A stretch of DNA of 64,000 nucleotides from NCBI GenBank assembly GCA_964608585.1, contig CAZSOL010000001.1, forward strand, positions 168,290 through 232,289, read 5' to 3'. Source of the DNA: an uncultured Candidatus Saccharibacteria bacterium (GTDB lineage Bacteria > Patescibacteriota > Minisyncoccia > Phycocordibacterales > Zambryskibacteraceae). Of the stretch, positions 1 to 8,164 are shown piece after piece. Position 1 is the stretch's first letter. Every line of letters starts with the position of its first letter. The notes under the pieces are model-generated. The model was not told the origin of the DNA. It searched no databases and saw only the letters and a program-made list of their open reading frames with translations. The position numbers and the translations under genes are program-made.

Positions 1-496
1 CCGAGATCATCCCGGCGTAGAACTGCTCCATAGAGGAGATAGTGGACTTAAGATCTCTGTCCTGACCACCCTCACTCTTAAGCGAGTCCGGCATCACCAC
101 CTCAAAGAGAGTCATGTTGAGGGCTCGGTACATAGGTCCGCTCTCCTTCACATCTCTTATCCTTAAACCTTGGCGCACGAGATCTACTAAGTGATCGTGG
201 AAGTCGTCCTCGTGCTTCCAATCTAGAAGCTTCTCTGCGACAGACAGAGCATGGAAGACTCCCTTCGTCCTTGTGACCTGTATCATCTTGTCTAGTTGGG
301 CATCTACAGGGGCACTAGCCACATTAGCCAGAGTATCCTTAACCTCCACTGTTTGCCTCATTGGTGCGGGCAGGGCTCGGTGGGTCTCTAGTATCGCTTG
401 CTTCACCGCTTCCGGCTTCTCGCTATAAGACTCAACTCTTGAGCGAAGATACGCTAGCTCCTCCTCCACACTATTAAAGCGTATTGCTTCTGACAT
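1..496 (-). CDS. hypothetical protein, N-terminal part (gene continues beyond the window's left edge)
   Basis: Minus-strand ATG at 496-494 opens a frame (MSEAIRFNSVEEELAYLRS...) that stays open to position 1 when read by eye. It lies 12 nt downstream of the preceding minus-strand gene. No domain recognised. Confidence 0.4.
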   Translation of the reverse strand, partial: MSEAIRFNSVEEELAYLRSRVESYSEKPEAVKQAILETHRALPAPMRQTVEVKDTLANVASAPVDAQLDKMIQVTRTKGVFHALSVAEKLLDWKHEDDFHDHLVDLVRQGLRIRDVKESGPMYRALNMTLFEVVMPDSLKSEGGQDRDLKSTISSMEQFYAGMIS

Positions 497-508
497 GAGA
501 AAATTATA

Positions 509-1414
509 TCACGCTGTATTTGCCTCTCTCTCCATCTCCTCTCTCCAGTGTTTTAGGAAATCCATTATTCCTTCATGCACAAAATCCTTACTAATTATTT
601 TAGATGTTTCTCGAGCTATATCTTTCTTCCCTTCTAGAATATCTCTAACTATAATCAACCTATCTCTATACAAGCGAGCTATCTCGTCTTGGCCGTTGAG
701 TTCGGCAAATCTTGCAAAGGTCTCCATCTGTTCCTCCATCTGATTAAGAATCATTATTTGGATTCTGTGTATCGCTAGCTCCTTATTTTTCTTAAATTGC
801 CAAAGTTCAGCCAACTCAAGTACTGTCTGCTTGCTGGCTCCGATAACCACTTCAGGAATTTTGTTTAACCTACCGTGGAAATATCCATCACTCGAATGAA
901 AATATTTCACTTGTGGCAATCTACCTTTGAGTATCCCTGTCTTGAGCCGGTCAAACTTCTTAGAAGTATCAGCACTAAACGAAACATCAGCAGCCAAGCC
1001 CAAGAAGGATGCAGAACCAGACATCCCGCTTTTAAACTCTATAACCGCATCAACACCATTCTCATAATCATCATACTTGGATGTTTTGTGAGTAATAGCG
1101 TTAGGACCAAACCAATCACTAAGCTCACCATGCTCAAGGATCAAAGCTTCAAAGATGTCTGCAACCTCCTTCTGCTCCCTAGAATACTCACTCATCTCCT
1201 GCTCAAAATTCCTCTCATACCTCCTCACTGTCTCCAAGTCTCTATCTATCGTCTCTTGACCATATGGGTTCACGAAGTCAGACTCCTTGATTCTGGCCTT
1301 ATCCATAACCCTTTCTGCCTTGCTATGAATAATGCCGATATCCTCCTTCTCAAGTCCTTCGGGCTCAAACTTCTCAAAATTCATTATGTAATCAATTATA
1401 CACACCTTACGCAC
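509..1414 (-). CDS. hypothetical protein (301 aa), no recognisable domain
   Basis: Long intact ORF, divergent from dnaB. A GGGGAG Shine-Dalgarno-like motif sits about 5 nt upstream of the GTG at 1414 (alternative ATG at Met11). Confidence 0.5.
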   Translation of the reverse strand: MRKVCIIDYIMNFEKFEPEGLEKEDIGIIHSKAERVMDKARIKESDFVNPYGQETIDRDLETVRRYERNFEQEMSEYSREQKEVADIFEALILEHGELSDWFGPNAITHKTSKYDDYENGVDAVIEFKSGMSGSASFLGLAADVSFSADTSKKFDRLKTGILKGRLPQVKYFHSSDGYFHGRLNKIPEVVIGASKQTVLELAELWQFKKNKELAIHRIQIMILNQMEEQMETFARFAELNGQDEIARLYRDRLIIVRDILEGKKDIARETSKIISKDFVHEGIMDFLKHWREEMEREANTA

Positions 1415-1469
1415 TTACTCTCCCCTTTTGTAAACTTGCTCCACTTTCCTCTAAGGGTAAAATGAGGCT

Positions 1470-2885
1470 ATGAAGGAAGCCCCTCTAGCCAGTCTCAAGA
1501 TACGTGTCCCCCCAAACAACCTAGAAGCAGAGATGGCTCTCTTGGGATCCATAATGCTTCGTCCAGATGCTATATATGAGGTGATGGACACTGTCACTCC
1601 TGAGTCCTTCTACTTTGAGAAGCACAGGAACATCTTTGAGGCGATGCTGGAGCTCTTCGCAAAGCGTGAGCCCATAGACATCCTCTCCCTCTCCTCACGT
1701 CTTAAGGAGAAGAACTTGCTAGAGCGTATCGGTGGGAGCTCGCTCCTTACAGAACTCACCACCACCGTCCCCTCTTCCGCCAATGTGAAGCATTATGCCG
1801 AGATAGTCAGGAAGAAATTTATGATGCGCGAGCTTATCAATGCCTCCGAGCATATCTCGCATCTGGGCTTCAACGAAGCCGGAGAGTTGGAGGAGATACT
1901 AGACCAAGCGGAGAAGAAGATCTTTGACATCACTCAACACTTCTCCGCCACAGAGAACTTCAAAGACCTCACTCCACTCCTCAAGGAAGCCTTTGAGCGC
2001 TTTGACAAGCTCTCCTCTGCCGAGCACGAGTTGAGAGGCGTTAAGACTGGCTTCAAGTCTCTAGACGACATCCTTGGAGGCTTCCAGAAGTCGGATCTCA
2101 TTATCTTAGCTGCCAGACCTTCTGTCGGTAAGACCGCCTTGGCTCTTGATATTGCCAGAAGGACTGCAAGTGAGAACCAGACCTCTGTTGGCATCTTCTC
2201 TCTTGAGATGTCCTCCGACCAACTTGTAGACCGTATCGTGGCAGCACAGTCCAAGGTAGATGCTTCCGTCATCAGGAAGGGAGTAAGAACACAACAAGGA
2301 GCTTGGCGAGACGACATCTTCAAGAACATCTCTACCGCGCTAGACGACCTCTCTAGAACTCCTATATACATAGACGACCAGGCTGGCAACACCATTATGC
2401 GTATGCGCTCCGCCGCAAGGAAGCTCAAGATTGAGAAGGGGCTACAACTTCTTATCGTAGACTACCTCCAACTCATGGCTCCAACCAACGCCCGTGCCGG
2501 AGACAACATGGTCCAACAAGTTACGGAGATCTCAAGAGGCCTTAAGCATATGGCCCGCGAACTCCAGATCCCCGTCCTTGCCCTCTCCCAGCTCTCTCGT
2601 GCTGTTGAGAGTCGTGGTGGCAAGCCCAAACTATCTGACCTCCGTGACTCCGGTTCCATAGAGCAAGACGCAGACTTGGTGATGTTTATCCACGCTGATG
2701 AAGACGGTATCAGGGATGAGTCCGGCAAGATGAAGGAGATTCAGAGGAAGAGCCTGATTATTGCAAAACATAGAAATGGTCCTTTGGGAGAAGTGGTCTT
2801 GGACTACCACACACGCCACAACACCTTCGTGGAGATAGATTACAGCAACTACGGCAAGGCTGAAGAAGAGTTCAAGAGCTTCTAA
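1470..2885 (+). CDS. dnaB: replicative DNA helicase DnaB
   Basis: N-terminal PPNNLEAEMALLGS motif, Walker A ARPSVGKT and RecA-like C-terminal domain (H-motif, QLSR region); 471 aa. Confidence 0.9.
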   Translation: MKEAPLASLKIRVPPNNLEAEMALLGSIMLRPDAIYEVMDTVTPESFYFEKHRNIFEAMLELFAKREPIDILSLSSRLKEKNLLERIGGSSLLTELTTTVPSSANVKHYAEIVRKKFMMRELINASEHISHLGFNEAGELEEILDQAEKKIFDITQHFSATENFKDLTPLLKEAFERFDKLSSAEHELRGVKTGFKSLDDILGGFQKSDLIILAARPSVGKTALALDIARRTASENQTSVGIFSLEMSSDQLVDRIVAAQSKVDASVIRKGVRTQQGAWRDDIFKNISTALDDLSRTPIYIDDQAGNTIMRMRSAARKLKIEKGLQLLIVDYLQLMAPTNARAGDNMVQQVTEISRGLKHMARELQIPVLALSQLSRAVESRGGKPKLSDLRDSGSIEQDADLVMFIHADEDGIRDESGKMKEIQRKSLIIAKHRNGPLGEVVLDYHTRHNTFVEIDYSNYGKAEEEFKSF

Positions 2886-2900
2886 TGATAAAATAGCTGG

Positions 2901-3506
2901 ATGAACAGTATTGACACTCTCGCGGAGATATTTGCCCACTTCCCCGGTATTGGCCCAAGACAAGCCAAGCGCTTTGTGTACCACTTACTTTCCAAGGATA
3001 AGAATGCTGTGGACGCTTTCGTAAGAGCTATAGAGCGACTTAAGGAAGAGACTCTTCAGTGCACAGAGTGTAAGCGCTTCTTTGCTAAGAACGGAAGCGT
3101 CAAAGCAGTTTGCCACACCTGCTCCGATGTCCATCGCGACAAGTCACTCCTTATGATAGTGCCCAGAGACGCCGACTATGATGCTATAGAGAAGAGTGGT
3201 GGGTACAAGGGCTACTACTTCGTCCTTGGTGGTTCCTTACCTATTTTAGAAAAAGAACCAGAGAAGAGGATAAGGATCAAAGAGCTAGAAAAGAAAATAG
3301 TTAATAACAAAAAAGATTTGAAGGAGGTCATCCTAGCGATGAACGCCAATGCCGAGGGGGAGAACACCGCTTACTTCATTAAGGAGACCTTCAAGGATAC
3401 TGGGCTCACCTTCTCCGAGCTTGGCCGAGGACTCTCTACCGGTAGCGAGCTTGAGTACGCCGACCCCGATACACTGAAGAATGCTCTCCTCCACAGAACA
3501 AACTAA
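2901..3506 (+). CDS. recR: recombination protein RecR
   Basis: HhH motif FPGIGPRQAKR, C4 zinc finger CTECKRF...CHTC and Toprim domain; 201 aa. Confidence 0.9.
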   Translation: MNSIDTLAEIFAHFPGIGPRQAKRFVYHLLSKDKNAVDAFVRAIERLKEETLQCTECKRFFAKNGSVKAVCHTCSDVHRDKSLLMIVPRDADYDAIEKSGGYKGYYFVLGGSLPILEKEPEKRIRIKELEKKIVNNKKDLKEVILAMNANAEGENTAYFIKETFKDTGLTFSELGRGLSTGSELEYADPDTLKNALLHRTN

Positions 3507-3529
3507 AATCCCGCTAAAGCGGGATTTTA
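3505..3529. terminator. bidirectional rho-independent terminator between convergent recR and rplU
   Basis: Hairpin AAATCCCGC-TAAA-GCGGGATTT flanked by A and T runs, sitting between the two convergent stop codons. Confidence 0.55.
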
Positions 3530-3531
3530 GT

Positions 3532-3978
3532 TTACTTTATTGAGTCTATGCGGACTTCAAAGTATGGCTGACGGTGTCCGTATTTCTTGAAGTACTTGGA
3601 CTTCTGCTTGTAGTGGATAACATCCACAGTCTTGTATCTTGAGATCTTGGTGATAGTTGAGGTTACGGTAGAACCAGATACAGAAGGAGTGCCAATAGTG
3701 GCGTTGTCTCCGTCTGCCTTGAGTAGAACCTCTCTAAAGACAAGTGTATCCCCCTCCTTGTGGTCACCCAAGACCTTCTCAATCTTGAGGTTCTGACCCT
3801 CGTGGACTCGGTACTGCTTGCCTCCAGTAGTGATAACAGCAAAGACGTCCTTATTTGAGGATTTTGAGGCTTTAGGAGCTTTTACAGCCTTAGGAGCGAC
3901 CTTCTTAGATTGTTCGGCAACCTCGGCTTTTGGGGCCTTCTTTGGGGCTGATTTCTTTGCTTTTGTAGCTTCTGCCAT
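3532..3978 (-). CDS. rplU: 50S ribosomal protein bL21 with ~45-aa Lys/Ala/Pro-rich N-terminal extension
   Basis: Core FAVITTGGKQYRVHEGQNLKIEKV matches bL21. The N-terminus MAEATKAKKSAPKKAPKAEVAEQSKKVAPKAVKAPKASK is histone-H1-like low complexity. Confidence 0.85.
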   Translation of the reverse strand: MAEATKAKKSAPKKAPKAEVAEQSKKVAPKAVKAPKASKSSNKDVFAVITTGGKQYRVHEGQNLKIEKVLGDHKEGDTLVFREVLLKADGDNATIGTPSVSGSTVTSTITKISRYKTVDVIHYKQKSKYFKKYGHRQPYFEVRIDSIK

Positions 3979-3985
3979 AGGGGGT

Positions 3986-4993
3986 CTATTCTACATTAGG
4001 ACGGTCCAAAGTCAATGTATCCACCCCCGCCCCAGAGCCGGTTATACGAAGGACGTCCTTGTCTATCTTGTTTAGTTCCTTATAGCCTGTGTTGTAGTGG
4101 TTTACCACCGTACCTAGAGAGTTACCTAGCTTTTTGTAGTACTCATCATAGGTCTTGATGTGCCGGCCTAGGTCCTCCACCTTTTTTATAATCTCCTGTG
4201 CCTTCTCCTCAATTTGCAAAGCCTTAAGACCTTGAAGAACTGTCTGTAAGTATGCGAGGAAGGATGTTGGAGAGACGATGATCACTTTGTACTTGGAGGC
4301 AGCGCGCTGGACCAGAGACTCAGTCTCCTCTTGGAGAGCTCCAATCTTGTTTACGATAAGGTCGTAGTAGATAGCCTCGTGTGGGATAAACATAAAGGCG
4401 AAGTCCATAGTCCCCTTCTCTGGCCTGATGTACTTGGAGGTCTCTTGGATGCGCATCTTAAGGTCACTCACAAATAACTTTTCTAGTTTTGCTTTTTCTA
4501 CTGGGTCCTTCTCCTCCACAAGACGGTTATAGTTCTCAAGAGAGAATTTGGAGTCCACTGGTATTATCTTCTCCTTCACGAAGACGACTGCATCTGGCAC
4601 CAGTCTCGCACCATCGTCGTCTACTCCAAGCTCAAATTGCATTTCATACGACCCCGGTGGCATCACATTCTTAAGCAAGGTCTCCAAGTAGTACTCTCCG
4701 AGTACCCCTCTTTGCTTCGGGTTCTTCAAGATGTCTTGGAGGCTCTCAAGTTGCTCTGCGAAGCCAACCATCTGCTTACCTGTCTCGTCTACTCTTGTGA
4801 CCTTCTCAATAATCTCCTTGATGTTGGTGTTGACCGAACGAGAGAGCTCTTGCATCTGGTTTTGTATAAGTAGCATACCCTGCCCATCATCCTGCTTCTC
4901 CTCCTTTTTACTAAGAAGCTTGAAGAAGAGTCCGATATTTATGGCCAAAATAGCTACCAAGAGGACAATTATCCAATTCATTGGTATCATCAT
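3986..4993 (-). CDS. rmuC: DNA recombination protein RmuC
   Basis: N-terminal TM helix plus coiled coil, then GEYYLETLL, FMFIPHEAIYY and VSPTSFLAYL motifs typical of the RmuC family. Confidence 0.8.
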   Translation of the reverse strand: MMIPMNWIIVLLVAILAINIGLFFKLLSKKEEKQDDGQGMLLIQNQMQELSRSVNTNIKEIIEKVTRVDETGKQMVGFAEQLESLQDILKNPKQRGVLGEYYLETLLKNVMPPGSYEMQFELGVDDDGARLVPDAVVFVKEKIIPVDSKFSLENYNRLVEEKDPVEKAKLEKLFVSDLKMRIQETSKYIRPEKGTMDFAFMFIPHEAIYYDLIVNKIGALQEETESLVQRAASKYKVIIVSPTSFLAYLQTVLQGLKALQIEEKAQEIIKKVEDLGRHIKTYDEYYKKLGNSLGTVVNHYNTGYKELNKIDKDVLRITGSGAGVDTLTLDRPNVE

Positions 4994-4996
4994 AAC

Positions 4997-5452
4997 ATGT
5001 CACTACAAACAGATATAAAAGCCCAAGTTATTGAGGCTATGAAGGCCAAGGACAGCATTAAAGTTTCTGTCCTTCGCGGACTTTCGGCTGCCTTTACCAA
5101 CGAGCTGGTTGCCAAGAAGATGAAGCCCGATGGCGAACTTACAGATGAGGATGCTCTCGCTGTCATAAGCAAGGAGGCCCGCAAGCGTAAGGATTCTATA
5201 GAGCAGTTTGAGAAGGGTGGACGCCCAGAGCTTGCGGAAGATGAGAGAGCCGAGCTCGCCATACTTGAGACCTTCCTCCCTGAGCAGATGAGCTACGAGG
5301 CAGTACTAGAGTTCGTGAAGGCCAAACAAGCTGAGATGGGCGCCACCGACAAGTCTAAGGCAGGCCAGTTTATGGGAGCTGTCATGAAGGACCTTAAGGG
5401 CAAGGCCGATGGCCAGGTGGTCAAACAAGCCATAGACTCCCTCTTCGCTTAA
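4997..5452 (+). CDS. GatB/YqeY domain protein
   Basis: 151-aa all-helical protein whose sequence pattern is typical of the YqeY/GatB C-terminal domain family. Confidence 0.75.
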   Translation: MSLQTDIKAQVIEAMKAKDSIKVSVLRGLSAAFTNELVAKKMKPDGELTDEDALAVISKEARKRKDSIEQFEKGGRPELAEDERAELAILETFLPEQMSYEAVLEFVKAKQAEMGATDKSKAGQFMGAVMKDLKGKADGQVVKQAIDSLFA

Positions 5453-5580
5453 GTTATCCACAGATTTTCTCCAAGGGGAGGGCTTGGTGGAAGGTTTTGA
5501 GCTTGACTTTTGGTATTGTTTATGATAGGATTAGAAACCAGAAAGTACCTAACTCCATTTACATCCTTCCGGGAGGATAT

Positions 5581-5781
5581 ATGAAAGTTTCTGATGCTGA
5601 AGCAGATGCGTTGTTTCGTGAGAGACTCCTGCGTCTCAACGGTGGCAAGGACATCATCGTGCACAAGAGAGGTAAGGTGTTAGTCGCGATCATGTCTAAT
5701 ACTGAGAAGCCGACAGAAGAAACTGCACAAGAACAGTTTGACCGGCATGAGCTACAGCTTCCCAGAGGTGATCGTGAGTAA
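5581..5781 (+). CDS. small hypothetical protein (66 aa), weak Phd/YefM-antitoxin-like pattern
   Basis: GGAGG lies 7 nt upstream of ATG 5581, so the longer track ORF start is discounted. DIIVHKRGKVLVAIMS resembles the Phd/YefM core, but no toxin partner is adjacent. Confidence 0.35.
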   Translation: MKVSDAEADALFRERLLRLNGGKDIIVHKRGKVLVAIMSNTEKPTEETAQEQFDRHELQLPRGDRE

Positions 5782-5785
5782 CAAA

Positions 5786-5831
5786 GGGCGGATTCCGAGA
5801 CATCGGAGTCCGCCCTGAATTTTTATTTCAA
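5786..5831. terminator. bidirectional rho-independent terminator
   Basis: GGGCGGATTCCGA-GACA-TCGGAGTCCGCCC hairpin followed by a TTTTTATTT run. It lies between the convergent stops at 5781 and 5823. Confidence 0.5.
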
Positions 5832-6074
5832 AAAACCTTCTTTGATTAACAAGTGTCTTTTTTGTCCTTGGAGTCCGTTGTAACCACCCACTCTTCCATC
5901 ACTTCGTATCACTCGGTGGCACGGCACCTTTTTGTCTACATTCTTGTTCAAAATGTTCCCCACCGCTCTGAAGGCTAGAGGTCTCCCCGCCTTCCTTGCT
6001 ACCTCCTTATAGGTCATAACCTTCCCTCTTGGTATCTTCCTCACTACTTCGTAGACCTTATCTTTAAAATTCAT
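5823..6074 (-). CDS. MGMT-family DNA-binding domain protein (methylated-DNA-protein-cysteine methyltransferase C-terminal domain, stand-alone)
   Basis: 83 aa carrying the PCHRV active-site motif and an HTH; the N-terminal Ada/Ogt domain is absent. Confidence 0.75.
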   Translation of the reverse strand: MNFKDKVYEVVRKIPRGKVMTYKEVARKAGRPLAFRAVGNILNKNVDKKVPCHRVIRSDGRVGGYNGLQGQKRHLLIKEGFLK

Positions 6075-6103
6075 TTTGTGATTATAACAAAAACCGCGAG
6101 CTA

Positions 6104-6442
6104 CTAGCTCGCGGTTGTAACACTTGGTCGACGCTTGGGCTTCATTCGCTCAAGATGAGCCTTGAGCTTGTGTACGTTGCCAAGCTTACTTCCGACCCTG
6201 TCCTTACCCATGTCACGAATGATCCGTCCATCACCCATCAACTTGTAGACGCAGATCTTCATAGCAGGGTTGTTACGAAGGAGACTCACGAACTCCTTGT
6301 CGCACTCCCAGACGGGTCTGTGCTTACCATCTGCACAACGGATCTCAGTCATGGACAGAGAGTGGTCGAGCATCTCGGAGATCCGCTGGTTGGTGATCGG
6401 GTTAAGGGGGTACACGAACCAGCTAACGACGCGTTTCGACAT
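6104..6442 (-). CDS. hypothetical protein (112 aa)
   Basis: Start placed at MSKRVV because GAGGAG lies 4 nt upstream; the track ORF extends 14 codons further, over the promoter-like TGTTATAAT. Confidence 0.45.
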   Translation of the reverse strand: MSKRVVSWFVYPLNPITNQRISEMLDHSLSMTEIRCADGKHRPVWECDKEFVSLLRNNPAMKICVYKLMGDGRIIRDMGKDRVGSKLGNVHKLKAHLERMKPKRRPSVTTAS

Positions 6443-6472
6443 CTGCTCCTCGGGGTTCAGGGTTCTCCCAGC

Positions 6473-6481
6473 ATTATAACA
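6473..6481 (-). promoter_or_regulatory. extended -10 box TGTTATAAT upstream of the 6104..6442 gene
   Basis: Exact TGnTATAAT on the minus strand about 30 nt upstream of the preferred ATG. Confidence 0.35.
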
Positions 6482-6534
6482 CATTAATTCATATTTGAGA
6501 AATTTTGATAATCCTGTTATTATTTCTCTCCTAA

Positions 6535-6606
6535 GGCCCTATCGTCTATCGGCTAGGACACATCCTTCTCAAGGATGGAAGCAGGGTTCGACTCCCTGTA
6601 GGGTCA
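6535..6606 (+). tRNA. tRNA-Glu (anticodon CTC)
   Basis: Cloverleaf read by hand: 7-bp acceptor GGCCCTA/TAGGGTC, D-arm GTCT..GGAC, anticodon stem CATCC/GGATG with loop TTCTCAA, T-arm CAGGG-TTCGACT-CCCTG, discriminator A; CCA not encoded. Confidence 0.85.
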
Positions 6607-6630
6607 CAAATTGGTTGGTATACTATTGTT

Positions 6631-7083
6631 ATGCACCACGGCAATTCGTATCGAAATTTATTCGCTATGGCTCTCTTATCCTTCGGAGCAATGTTTGTGC
6701 TTATGTATGTGATGGTAAACACGTTTAGCAATGTGCTTATTAATCTAAACCAATTATATATGGCAGGACTCATGACAATGCCAATGATACTTATAGAAAT
6801 GTGGTTGATGAGAGACATGTATCCGAACCACCAATTAAACTCATTGATTATACTTTTCAGTTTGATTATGGGATTGTTATTCTGGTCTGGTATCAGAAAC
6901 CAGATAGGAATAAACAACCAAGAGTTTCTGAAATCGATGATCCCCCATCATGCTGGAGCCATACTTATGTGTGAGAAAGCTTCTTTAACAGATCCAGAAA
7001 TATTAGATCTCTGTAAAAATATAATTTCTGGTCAGCAAGCGGAAATAGATTTTATGAGAAATAAGCTAAATTCAGTAAAATGA
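6631..7083 (+). CDS. DUF305-like membrane protein
   Basis: 3-4 TM helices followed by the MIPHHAGAILMCE motif characteristic of DUF305. The stop overlaps the next start in an ATGA. Confidence 0.5.
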   Translation: MHHGNSYRNLFAMALLSFGAMFVLMYVMVNTFSNVLINLNQLYMAGLMTMPMILIEMWLMRDMYPNHQLNSLIILFSLIMGLLFWSGIRNQIGINNQEFLKSMIPHHAGAILMCEKASLTDPEILDLCKNIISGQQAEIDFMRNKLNSVK

Positions 7084-7259
7084 CATATCAAGAATTTGTT
7101 AAAAAGTTAATAGAGAGATTCGGAGAAGAGCAAGGAGTGATAATGGCTCTAAGGGCAGAAGTTGGATTTCTCCGTAAATTCATAGAAAAACAAAACCTCC
7201 CCAACTTCAAAGAGGAGCAGGAGGAAATGATAGATGACTTCCTCAAAAGACACTTATGA
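7080..7259 (+). CDS. small hypothetical protein (59 aa), translationally coupled
   Basis: ATGA overlaps with both neighbours (7080-7083 and 7256-7259). Too short to appear in the ORF track; sequence MTYQEFVKKLIERFGEEQG... Confidence 0.4.
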   Translation: MTYQEFVKKLIERFGEEQGVIMALRAEVGFLRKFIEKQNLPNFKEEQEEMIDDFLKRHL

Positions 7260-7672
7260 AAACTTTTATACCTCTCATCCTAATTCTTTTCGCGATAGTC
7301 GGTGGTATCTCCCTAACAAAATATAACCAATCCACTGACCCAGAGATTATCTCAACCAAAGGCATACACTGGCATCCAGAACTCAAAATCTTCGTTGACG
7401 GAGTTGAAATGGTTATACCAGAAAATATTGGTCTCATTGATGAACATAGCCCAATACATACTCATGATGATCTACCGATTATTCATCTAGAATTTAATGG
7501 TATCGTGAGAAGAGAGGATACTAAGCTAAAGAACTTCTTTATGGTATGGCAAAAAGATATAAGAGACTTTGGAGATAATGTATCAATGACGGTAAATGGG
7601 GTACCCAATCAAGAACTTGGAGAGTACGAGATGAAGCATGAGGACAAAATTGTTTTGAACTACTCAAAGTAA
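7256..7672 (+). CDS. secreted or membrane-anchored His-rich protein (138 aa), possible metal-binding
   Basis: N-terminal signal/TM helix, then HWHP, HSPIHTHDD and IIH motifs. Third gene of the DUF305 operon. Confidence 0.5.
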   Translation: MKTFIPLILILFAIVGGISLTKYNQSTDPEIISTKGIHWHPELKIFVDGVEMVIPENIGLIDEHSPIHTHDDLPIIHLEFNGIVRREDTKLKNFFMVWQKDIRDFGDNVSMTVNGVPNQELGEYEMKHEDKIVLNYSK

Positions 7673-7696
7673 CATTTTGGGTATAGAATTGTATCC

Positions 7697-7828
7697 ATGA
7701 TGGGATATGGATATAACGGCAGTTGGATGTTTGGGGGAAGCGGTCTATGGTCTATTACCTGTATTGTAATAACTATTGACCTTATCCTTCTTGGCATCTG
7801 GCTTTGGAAGCAAATTAAGAAGAGTTAA
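7697..7828 (+). CDS. candidate small membrane peptide (43 aa)
   Basis: MMGYGYNGSWMFGGSGLWSITCIVITIDLILLGIWLWKQIKKS has a Gly-rich N-terminus and one TM helix. No obvious Shine-Dalgarno, so the call is speculative. Confidence 0.25.
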   Translation: MMGYGYNGSWMFGGSGLWSITCIVITIDLILLGIWLWKQIKKS

Positions 7829-7847
7829 ATCTTTTAATTTCTTCAAT

Positions 7848-8159
7848 ATGAAAAGATTTTTATTAGTATTTGTATTTCTTGTTGCCACACTAGCAGTTTA
7901 TATTGGGTGGTATAAAGTAGAACCTCCACACCAATTAGGCAAACTTATGCCTGTGGAGGTTTATGTGTCTCAAAACATTTCCGAACTCTCGCCAGAGAAG
8001 GAGGTCCTGGGTGGCAAGTTCTATATCACCAACATCCAAGTGGCAGACGGCAAAGGAGTGGTGTCATACGAGGACGGACATGTGGCCTTCACAGCTGACT
8101 TCACCTACACCTCTGACGACCGCACTGGTCACACCATCACATCTTTTGTAGTAAGATAA
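7848..8159 (+). CDS. hypothetical secreted protein
   Basis: Start moved to MKRFLLVFVFLVATLA (signal/TM); the track ORF begins at an upstream TTG. Beta-rich C-terminus, no domain recognised. Confidence 0.45.
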   Translation: MKRFLLVFVFLVATLAVYIGWYKVEPPHQLGKLMPVEVYVSQNISELSPEKEVLGGKFYITNIQVADGKGVVSYEDGHVAFTADFTYTSDDRTGHTITSFVVR

Positions 8160-8164
8160 TATCT

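Noticed and set aside
495-743. Plus-strand 82-aa ORF at the left end.
   Set aside because: It lies entirely antisense to two well-supported minus-strand genes (the 1..496 partial and 509..1414 with their 12-nt spacing), and has a low-complexity translation.
1934-2984. Several 60-160 aa minus-strand ORFs inside dnaB.
   Set aside because: They are antisense to a strongly conserved gene and have no start signals; this is typical shadow-ORF noise. The same reasoning applies to the antisense ORFs inside dnaE (32947..34896), ftsI, mrdA (16251..17123, 17433..17786), lysS, nrdA and elsewhere.
6494-6515. TTGAGA...GATAAT sequence upstream of tRNA-Glu, considered as its promoter.
   Set aside because: The spacing between the putative -35 and -10 is only about 7 nt, which is incompatible with a sigma70 promoter. 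It is left unannotated.
6495-6728. 77-aa plus-strand ORF starting at TTG.
   Set aside because: It reads straight through tRNA-Glu (6535..6606), so it is a spurious frame.
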